Assembly (NCBI GenBank): GCA_050613775.1
Contig: JBODTK010000101.1
Span: 558,001 to 608,069, forward strand
Direction: 5' to 3'
DNA: 50,069 nucleotides
DNA from: Neocallimastix sp. 'constans'
Lineage: Eukaryota
Position 1 is the first letter of the stretch; each line of letters starts with the position of its first letter. This document shows positions 39,674 through 50,069 of this stretch, one piece after another. The notes beneath the pieces were generated by a model. It worked only from the letters and a program-made list of their open reading frames with translations. It was not told the origin of the DNA and made no database searches. Both the position numbers and the translations under genes were made by a program.

Positions 39674-40599
39674 GTAAATCCTTCGATTGAAACATTGATT
39701 TTCAAAAAAAAAAAAAAAAAAAATGTCTTCTTTTCCATGAATTTCGAAATGGAAAAAAATTTTATGGATATTGAAGTATAATTAATAATAACAATAGAAA
39801 TAATATTTATTAATAATAGTAATAGTATTGATATGGAAAATAGGAATATTAATAATTAATGATAGTGAAATAATAATAATATTGTTAACTAATAATGTAG
39901 TGAATAGATCAATTGGTGATAATCATGTTAATATTAATAATTTTCTGAAAAATAGTCAATATATATGTGATATGGTACTTAATATATAACTTCCCTCTTT
40001 GCGGAATGCAGACATTATTAAATTAAATTTATAAAAAGGAATAGGAATGTTTTGCTTAAGAACCAAATCATTTCAAGTGAATATTCTTAAAACACCATTC
40101 TTAGTTGGATCTGCGACTCTCTTTACAAAAACTATTCCTAGGGCTATCACTCGATAAGGATTGCTATTCTGACAGTATAAGTGCAAACTAATCAGGAGTG
40201 TCAACGCTGAAAATGAAGCAAGACAGGCTAACAAGACCAATGCCTCTGAAGGAGATGACCATAAATTTCTTTCAGATAGTCAATTCAAACCCTAATCCGG
40301 AATAAGAATTCCCTTTAAACAGAAATCTTATAATCTTGGAGGTGAGGTGTAGTGTCTATGAACTTTTTTTTCTGAATTTATTTTTATACATTTTATTTTG
40401 AATATTACTTTTATTTCACATTACTATTCCAAATATTATTATTATGTTCAAATTGGACAAATAATATTTATTTTGTTTATTAATTTTGTGTTTTTTTTTT
40501 TATTTTTCTTTTCCTTTTTTTTTTTTTTTTTTTTTTTATAAAAAAATATTCATGAATGAATAAATAAATAAAGTTTAAATTTCGTAATAATTGTGGATG

Positions 40600-40679
40600 T
40601 ATAAAAAAATTTACCTCATCATTTCGATGTCAAACACTCTTGACAACGGTAGGTCTAATGGTATTACAAATTGATCATA

Positions 40680-40723
<44 letters not shown>

Positions 40724-41375
40724 AAAGTAAAAAAAGAAAATGTCACTAAATCACAATAGGCATAACTTTAGTATGGAATTTCGTAAGCTCTATAAAATAT
40801 GAAATTGGGGAAAGAAGACTTTCTCGAAGGTAACTGAAATCTCTTATTAATAAAGGGCTTTCTTTCTCCCTCTCCCCTGAACCGATTTTTAAGATTTCAT
40901 ATAATGTATTTCCAGTTACTAATTATAATAATTATTAATATATCTTATCATTTATTCTTTTCATTATTTATTCCTTTGTATTATTATTAATTATTGAATA
41001 ATAAATAAATAAATAAATAAATAAATATATAAATAAATAAATATATAAATATATAAATATAAATAAATATATATAAATATATAAATATATAAGTATATAA
41101 TATATATAAAATAAATATATATATATATATATATATATATTTAGACCGGATTATTAAACCTATTAATAATCCTATTAGGATTTAGTGTTTTTTTTACACT
41201 ATGATCAGCTTGTATACCATTAGACCTGCTGTTGTCCAGAGCGTCGAAATCCAAACGATAAGGTTATAAGTAGGAAATTCTGATACAGATTCAAATGATC
41301 AATTTTTTTATTTTTATGGAGTTATTATCAATGAATGGGAAAAGTTAGTGTTCATTTCGACCTCGAAACTCATAA
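40600..41375. mobile_element. Two short, oppositely oriented relics related to the LINE fragment at 2100-2270
   Basis: The reverse complement of 40605-40690 (TTTTACACTATGATCAATTTGTAATACCATTAGACCTACCGTTGTCAAGAGTG..CATCGAAATGATGAGGTAAATTT) matches 41190-41250 and 2109-2155. 41280-41348 (TCTGATACAGATT..TTATCAATGAATGGGAAAAGTTAG) matches 2173-2262. Confidence 0.55.
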
Positions 41376-41499
41376 CGTAGTTTTTTGAAATTATTAATAT
41401 TAAAAATTTCGTGTATTTGATTTTTATTTTTTTGTTGTGTTTATTATCATTTTTTTCAAGGATTATCTTTGTATCTTTCTTTGGAATTTTTTTTTTTTT

Positions 41500-42297
41500 T
41501 TTTTTTTCTTATTTCTTTTTTCTTTTGATATTGATGAAACATGTTTCAGTGGTATGTCCATCTTTATGACATATGTAGCAACAATTTTTTTTTTTTTTTT
41601 AACTTTCTTTATTTCAGGAATTTTATTGCTTGATTTAATCAATATCAGTTGCACTGATAGTATTTATTTTGTTCTTTTGGATTGGATTTTTTTTGTTCAA
41701 TTTTTCCTCATTTCTTTTAATTATTAATTTCATTTAGAGGAATCTTTTAGATTCTTGAAATTTTTAAATTGAATAAAGTTTATTGGGTGTATTTCCATAT
41801 TTTAACAAGTTCGTCAGCTGCAAATAATATTTTAATTTGTTCATCTAACATTGACTTGTTAAATTTTTAAGATTAAAATAGTGAGTTTAAATTACCTAAG
41901 TAAAGTTTTAAATAAAAATTCTAAACTTTACTTAGATAATTTAAGTAAAGTTTATCATTTTTATTTTTTAATTTTAATATTTTAATTTTGTATGCTATTT
42001 TGTATAATATCGATGGGCCTAATTAGTCAAATCTACTCTTTAACTATAGAATCATTTCAAAGGCAGTTTTATGGTTAATTAGGAATTAACTTGTTGCGTC
42101 ATCTAAACTATTTTCAATAATAGTTTGAATTGCATTATCATTTCGAGTTTGAGTTTCTTTCGTATCTTTATATCTTTAGGATCGATCCTATTAGTAATGA
42201 ACTGAATTAATTTTAGTGCTGTTAAATGTCTATTTAAGGTTTTATACCATCTTGGAGAGCTTTCAGTAGTTAACCCAAAATTGCTATAGTTAAACAT
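41500..42297 (-). pseudogene. Decayed gag of a second copia-like retrotransposon
   Basis: Stitching frames gives PRWYKTLNRHLTALKLIQFIT (compare NQWFLLLSSHLRSERLSDYIT in the intact gag), NDNAIQTIIENSLDDATS*FLINHKTAFEMIL*LKSRFD*, and the zinc knuckle CYICHKDGHTTETC at 41539-41580. Confidence 0.8.
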
Positions 42298-43422
42298 GGA
42301 ATTTTTAGTTATATCGATTATTACAGTGTTAATGCTATTATTGTTTTACACTGTACTGACTCGAGGGGTTACTTTTATCAGTAGTTTGAATTATCCATCT
42401 TAATAATTATATATTTTACGTGTCTTAAAAAATATTAGCTATTATCACTTCTATTATGTATTATTCATCTTTCCAATTTTTTTTCCTAGTGATTAGTATT
42501 AATCTTGATAAAAAGCATGAAAATCCTCTGACTTAATACAAGCCACATTCTGTACTTCCCTTATGACCAATTAGTAACTATTGTAGATGTGAAATACATT
42601 ATATATGCTTGTTGATATTGTGTAAAAAGAAGTACGCCATATATATGAAAGTTTAAATAAAAAAAAAATTATTATTTTTTTTTTTTAATTATTATTGTTA
42701 TACCAACTTTAATTATTATAGTTCATATTTAATATATATAATATACAAAAATGATTAATTAGAAACTCTATAGAAAAAATTTAATATATAATTAATATTT
42801 AATTTATTTTAATATATATATGCATATATTTTATCATTAATATAATATATGAAGAACGTAATTGCTTTTAAATTGTTAAATACATTAAAAAATTATTACT
42901 AAATTAGTTCTTAATTATTATGAAAAAATTAAAAATAAAAAAAATTATGATTGCTTACTACAGTACAACCATTCTAACTTAATTAAAATATTTTACTATA
43001 TATGGAAAGTATAAAGGTATTTCAAAATCATTAATTTAATTCTATCCAAATAAAGAAAATATTCAATTTTTAAATAAATTTTTAAAAAGTATTATTAAAT
43101 CAAAAATATAACATATATTACAATGAAATGCAATATATAAATTCGAAATTTGGCTTTTATATTAAGTATTGATTTATTTGTTGTTTTTGTCACTTTAATC
43201 TAATAACTGACATATAAATATATTAAACCAGTTTTAACTTATAATTAAATATATATATTTATTATAAATAATATATATTGGGGTATATATTATTTTCTAA
43301 TTTTTATATTATATATTTTTTAGCTATTAAAATGAGTTACAATTAATAACAATAAAAAATATTAAAAAAATGAATAAAAGTAATATTAATATTAATTACT
43401 GATTATTTGCAACAATACAATC

Positions 43423-43454
<32 letters not shown>

Positions 43455-43924
43455 AATTGCAAAGGAAATAAAATAAAATAGTAAAATATAATAAAATTTG
43501 TGTAAAAAGGACTTTAACAAATTATATAACAAAATAAAGAAAATTAAGGTATAATATTATATATAATAAAATAAAGGTATATTGCAAAAAGTATAGAATA
43601 AAAGAATTAAATCGTATAAACGAGGAAAGCATTAATTAAAAAACAATATAAAATAAAATAAATGGTTAAGAAATATAAAAAAAAAAATTAATATAAATGA
43701 AAATAAAATAAAATAAAAGTTCATTTGTACACATTTGTTTTTCAATTTAAATTTATTTAAAATTACTAAATATTTTTTTATCAGATATATATAAATGAAT
43801 TTACAAATAAAAAAAATTTTGCTGTTCCTTTGTTTCAAATCTTAAAATAACATTAAAATAAGACCTTTAAAAAAAAAAAAGGGGTCCTTTTTCATAAAAG
43901 AAAAAAAAATATTGTATAGAATTT

Positions 43925-44200
43925 AATAATATTATTATTATTATTCATTATTATTCATTATTATTATAATTATAATTATTATTATTAATTATTTATTATT
44001 ATTATAATTATAATTATTATTTATTTATTATTATAATTATTATTATTATTATTTATTTATTATTATTATAATTATAATTATTATTATTTATTCATTATTA
44101 TTATAATTATTGTTATTTATTTATTCATTATTATTAATTATAATTATTATTTATTTATTATTATTATAATTATAATTAATATTATTATTTACTCATTATA
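43925..44200. repeat. (ATT)n-type low-complexity array
   Basis: Visible imperfect trinucleotide array. Confidence 0.7.
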
Positions 44201-45191
44201 TAAAATTTATCACCATTTAAACCAGCTTAAATTTATGAATATAAAAATAATTAAATATAAATATTTGAATATAGAAAGAAAAGGCTTTGAATAAAAAAAA
44301 AAATTTTTTTTTGAATTTTTTTTTTTTAAATGATCCTCTAAATTAATTCTTTTTTTAGAAATTGTCAGCTATTATTATATGGGCTAATTATTGCAAAAAA
44401 TAATAATTAAATAACACTTACAGAGTAATAAAATGATTTGAAATATAAGTAAAAATATATAAATATTACTATAATTAGTACTAATATTAAGGAGTTCTTC
44501 AAATTTTTATTGAAATCTATTTTATATAAATATTTAAATTATAATAATAACAAAAAAAAAATCATTAAAAATCATTTAATATCCTAATATTATCTTAAAA
44601 ATATTATTTTAAATAGCTACATAAACTTTTATTTAAATCAATATATATATATATATTATGTTTTATTAGATTTTTCATTCATAATGAAATATAAAAGAAT
44701 TGAAATATTTTTTTATGTGTATTTCAAAAAAAAAAAAAAAAAGTTTTTTTCTTGAAGAGTTTTTTTATTATTACTTATTATTATTTATTATTTATTATTA
44801 AATGTATTATAATTAATATATTTAATTAAAAATTAAATTCAAGTTACATTTAAGTATAAAAAAAAAAAAATTTTTTTTATATGTAGTTAACTTGTATCTA
44901 TTTTTGATAATCTATACTAAATTAATTATTATATCATTTTTTAATTTAAAATAATTTTCTAAGCCTATATCAGATTAAAATACCTTCCCTTTAGGTCCTG
45001 TTACCCATTACCTCTTTACAATAAAAGTATTGCTTTTTAAATAACAGATAAAAAGTAATTATTTTTTTAATTGAAAAGCAGATTGCTATATATATGATAT
45101 GTATTTATATATTACATCTTTGTATATAATTTCAAGATTTCTATTGACAGGTGTATTTATAATAACATATTAATATTATTTATTTAATCAT

Positions 45192-45238
<47 letters not shown>

Positions 45239-45390
45239 TTTTAAAAATAAAATTAAATTTTTACATACATTAATAATTCTGCTTCGGAAATTTTCTTAAT
45301 ATTACATGTAAAGGTTTGTAAATATATATTATTAAATATAATCTAATATATCGAAGTTAAATGATATTCATTTTACATCTGTCTTTGAAC

Positions 45391-45422
<32 letters not shown>

Positions 45423-45761
45423 CCATTTCTATCCATTTTTTTTTTTATTTATTTTTATAAAAAAATATAATGTAACATTATATATTAAAAGTACATTTTG
45501 TCATATATAAATATAAATAATTATATCAAATTAACCTTCATCAATTATATAAATATTTATATTCATTAATTTATTTTATATTGTATGTTAATACTATTAA
45601 TCTAATATATTATTTTCAGTATAATAAATAAAAGTAAATAAAAATAGAATATAAACAAATGTATTAGTAATATAATTACTGCACATTTTTAAATTTTATA
45701 TAAAAAGTAAAAAATTAATAAAAAATGTATATTAAATTATTTTTTAAAATTGAATATTATA

Positions 45762-45925
45762 TAAATGAATGAATGAATAAATAAATAGATAAATAAATAA
45801 ATAGATTAATAAATAAATAGATTAATAAATAAATAGATTAATAAATAAATAGATTGATAAATAAATAGATAAATAAATAAATAAATAGATAAATAAATAA
45901 ATAAATAGATAAATAAATAAATAGT
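45762..45925. repeat. (ATAA/ATAG)n microsatellite
   Basis: Visible tetranucleotide array. Confidence 0.75.
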
Positions 45926-48391
45926 AAAGAATAGTGTATAAGATAATATAAAAAGTAGTTCTTTTATTAATAAAAATTTTTGTTTACAAGTTATATAGTA
46001 TTGTATTATATATATCACTTAAAATATACATTATCTATTATTTATTATTTATTATTTATTTATTATTTAGTATTAAATATTAATAATAAAATAATATTGG
46101 AATAAGGAATCATAAATCGTAGTATTTGTAATTATTACTAGAATGGTTTAAATAAAAGAAAAAAAATATATAATTACAAAAATTAAACAGAATAAAAATA
46201 AGTATATATATTAATTTTTTTAATATTTTTAAAAATAATAATAATATTTATATTTTTACTTAAAAGGATTAAACATTTATACTCATATTCCTTTTAGTAT
46301 TGTAGCTTTTTTTTTTTTTTTTTTTTATTTTTTTTAATCAATTATGAAATTATAAAAAAAATAAATTACACATTCATTAACACTTCTTTACTATTGGCTG
46401 ATATGTTATTGTAATACAGCAAATCTATTTCATTAAAAAGCATTTCAATCTCATTAGTTAAAAATATATTGTTTAATTAAAGTTAATTAAAATTTATATT
46501 GATTTAATATTTTTGTTCTTTTTTTTATATAAATAATATATATGTAACTTTATATTTAATAGTATTTTAGAGTATATTATTCACATATTAATGAATATTC
46601 TTATTTATTTCATATTTTTTATTAAATTTATTATGATATAAAGTTATATAAACATTGTATATAAATATATTAAATCAATAAAAATGTTTATATTCTAATT
46701 TATATTCTAAATAATTAAATTATCATTTTTATATAAAATAAAATTTGTTTTTGATGTTTAGCAAAAAAAAAATATATATATATAATTTTTATATATTTAT
46801 TATTATTATTATTATTTAATATTAATCATAATATTATTAAAAGTAATCAAAACAAAATTAAGATGGTTGTTATATATATGAAAAAGAGTTCATACTTCCC
46901 CAAGAAAAAAAATAAATGAAAATAAAAATAAAAAAAACATATTTATATATATTTTAAAATAAATGGTTGAAATATATTATAATATAAAGAATTAATATAG
47001 GGTTAATATATATTATTTAATATTTATGTTTAATCACAATATAATATGATTTAAAATTTTAATGAATTTTAATATTTTACAGTTTATTAATTTTAATAAT
47101 ATATTGATTATTAATAATTTATATAATAAAAATACATAATAATTAATAGTAAATATTTTATAAAGTATATTCCTACATATTAAATAAACTTTTTTTTTTT
47201 TTTTTGTATTTGGAAGATATTAAGATTTTTTACTTTTTATTTTCTTTTTTCTTTTTTTTTTTTTTTTTTTTTTTTTTCACTTCAAGGGAAAGAAATATAT
47301 TTTTATTTAACGATAATCGAAGATCATAATAATATTAAAATTTCTAGTTTTAATATTAAGTAGTTTTGAATTTTAAAAAATAAGATAATATACACATAAG
47401 TGTAGTAAATAAATAAAAATAAAAAGTGTGTAAAGAAAAGGAAATATAAATTAAAAAAGTGAACAATAAATAAAAAATAAATTTCATTGTTTTTAATTTT
47501 ATTTTTTTTTTTTTTGAAACAATAGTTGATTTTGTAGATTATTATAATATTAAAAATAGTATATATATATATATATTTTAATTTTTATAATAGTAAACAA
47601 ATATAAAATATATTAAAAATTACAAAAAAAAAAAAAAAAAAATACCATAAAAATTGTCCAATATAAACAATTAAGAAAACTTAATAGTTTTTATATTTAT
47701 ATAAATAATTTAAACGTTTATAAAAGATATTTTTAATAATAATAAACATTTAGAAATTATTTATATACTATATAATATTAAGTTTAAAAGTATAGTAAAT
47801 ATAAATATATATTAAAAAAGAATAAATAATATATATAATATTTATATTGTTCTTTTTTTGAAAAAGAAAAAGTTTCAAAAAAAAAAATAAATAAATAGTA
47901 TAGGAAATTAGTTAAAGTAACACAATTACGAAAAAATATAAACTTTGTTTTACGAGGATATTTATTTTTTTTTAAAAAAAAGAAAAAAAATTATATTTTC
48001 ACAAAAAAAGTTATATCTAAGTAAAAAAAAAAAAAATTCAATATTTTAGAAATTTAATACGTTATAGAGTAAAATAAGTATTTGAAACTAAATACCCTTA
48101 GAAGCATATAATACTTTATAGAGTTTTATAGTTTTATTTGTAAAATATTTAAAAACGTATAAAAAATTATTATCGCAAAAAATAATTTGTTTTTCAATCA
48201 AGTTTATTGTTGAATATATTTAATTTCAAAAGATTTTTAATTGTTTTTTTTTTAAATTATTAGTATATATTTAATAATATATTTCTTTTGTTAACAAATA
48301 CGCACTTTCTTTTTTTAAAGGAAAAAATATAATCGAGCAATTTTATTTTTATTTAAAATATATATTTTAATACGAATTAATTCAAATTAAA

Positions 48392-49685
48392 ATGACTGTT
48401 AGTGAAGTTGAATTTATTGCTTTTGGTAGCGATAATGCTTGGTATATTAAATGGGGAGATGGTAGACAATCATGGAATAATTTACCACACTCTTTACACA
48501 ATAAGTTAAATGGAAGACAAAAGTAAATATTAAGAAAAAATTTAAAAATAAATTATATATTATTAATATTTAATATTAAAAATATTATAAAATATATTCA
48601 CATATATTAATAATATTTTTTTTTTAAAAAAAAAGGTCTTTACCTGAAGTAGTATTTTTAAGTTTATCTCCAAATGATGATTGGTTTGTTCGTTTTGCAG
48701 ATGGTTCAACAGGATGGAGTGTCTGCAGTGATGAAATGGACCTTTTATTACAAGATAAAGCTCATCGTGGTGTCCAAAAGGTTATTTTTGGTCAAGATAA
48801 ATCTTATCTTATTATGTTTGCTAACAAGGAAACTGCATGGAATGGTATTCCATATCTTTTACACAAAAAAATTATGGAACGTCAAGAGTATGTTAAAAAA
48901 AGTTTGAACATATAAATTTATAAAAGAATTCAAAAACCTTAAATTTTTTAATTTTTTATTTTTATATTATATATTAAATAATTTAAACTTTTAAAACAAT
49001 AATAACTAATTAAATAATTAAATTATGTAATATATTAACAGAGAAAAAGATGTATATCTTGATGAAGTAGCTCTTTCTGGTGATGGTTCATGGTATGTTA
49101 AATTTACGGATGGTAGATACGGTTGGTATGGTTTACCATCTACTTTAGATCATGAATTAGAAAGACGTGATGATGGTGCAAAAAAATTATGGTTATCCCC
49201 AGCTAATGATTGGTCATATTTTGTTTTATGGGAAGATGGTACTTCCAACTGGCATCATGAAGATTCTTTCACTGAATCTTTAGATATTGAAGATGATAAT
49301 GAATCATTAGTTTCTGATACTGCTTCTACTGTTTACTTAAATGGTGAACCAATAGAACTTACTGAAGATAAAATTCTTTATCTTGATCCAAAAGATATTT
49401 TATATTCACAAGAAAGTATCGATAACTGTTTTAGAGATGGTAGATCTATTCGTAGAACAATGAGATTACTAAGAAATGGTGAAATAAAAATTGAAGATTT
49501 CCCACCAATTAAAGTTTGTATTGATAAATCCACAGGTAACTATTACACTACAGCAAATAAAAGATTATGGGTCTATCGTGAGGCTGGTCTTGATGAAATT
49601 CCCAGTATACTTAATTGACCCACCACGAGGATTCTTTTATAGAAGAAGTGGTAATGGTTATAATATTAAAATTAAGGGAAATTAA
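48392..49685 (+). CDS. Uncharacterised protein with five Trp-rich repeats of about 40 aa and a C-terminal ParB/Sulfiredoxin-like domain; probable 1-bp frameshift near the end
   Basis: Manual model join(48392..48522,48636..48887,49042..49618), GT-AG and in frame. The C-terminal region reads LDPKDILYSQESIDNCFRDGRSI..L..GEIKIEDFPPIKV..GNYYTTANKRLWVY. As written it stops at 49618; removing one C at 49601-49603 extends it to 49685. Confidence 0.8.
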
Positions 49686-50069
49686 AAAAAATATATATGT
49701 GCAATAATAAAAAAGTAATATTAACTAGTTAAAATAAACTAGCTTTGAAAGTATTTATAATCAATAAAATGGGTTTGTTCTGATGCCTAATGAATAAATA
49801 TTCATAATTTAATTTTTTATGAATTTTATAAAAAAAATAATTATAATACTAAATTTTTTTTTTTAAAAAAAAAAAAAAAACATAAGCAAAAACAAACGAA
49901 CAAACGAACAAACAGGAAAAAAAAAAAAAAAAAAAAATGAATATGTTAATTTCATTAAAAAATAGTAAAACATTATAATTTTTTTTTTTTTAAAAAATAT
50001 ATATAATATGAAAAGTTTTTTTATTTTACTATTTTTTTTTTTTTTTTTAATTTACTTTATCTTGTTTAT

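Noticed and set aside
41892..41955. 17-bp hairpin TTACCTAAGTAAAGTTT / AAACTTTACTTAGATAA
   Set aside because: Short AT-rich palindrome within a decayed element; no supportable function.
42555..42570. Possible TGG-type PBS (minus strand TGGTCATAAGGGAAG) for the decayed gag
   Set aside because: No adjacent LTR pair could be identified and the tRNA match cannot be verified.
43632..46018. ORFs at 43632 and 45806
   Set aside because: Low-complexity or microsatellite translations.
48674..48907. 77-aa ORF
   Set aside because: Wrong-frame overlap of exon 2 of the repeat/ParB-like gene.

Overview
Extremely AT-rich, intron-containing eukaryotic DNA. Composition and gene content (CotH-type protein, solute-binding-protein/7TM fusions) point to an anaerobic gut fungus (Neocallimastigomycota); this is an inference. 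Host genes: the 3' end of a CotH-like secreted/GPI-type protein, a single-exon Ser/Asn-rich unknown protein, two tandem 5-exon genes fusing a bacterial-type solute-binding domain to a class C-like 7TM receptor, a 7-exon Rpn14/PAAF1 WD40 gene, and a 3-exon gene largely missed by the ORF track (five Trp-rich repeats plus a ParB/Srx-like domain). Mobile elements: a tRNA-headed SINE-like element with a 15-bp TSD and a structured body; a 4.8-kb Mutator-like DNA transposon with 53-bp TIRs and a 9-bp TSD, carrying two tandem arrays; a full-length Ty1/copia element with apparently identical 255-bp LTRs and a PBS complementary to a tRNA-Lys(CUU) anticodon arm; decayed LINE and copia remnants; and small foldback elements. 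Most other ORF-track entries are microsatellite or antisense artefacts. All family assignments come from reading motifs by eye, with no database search.
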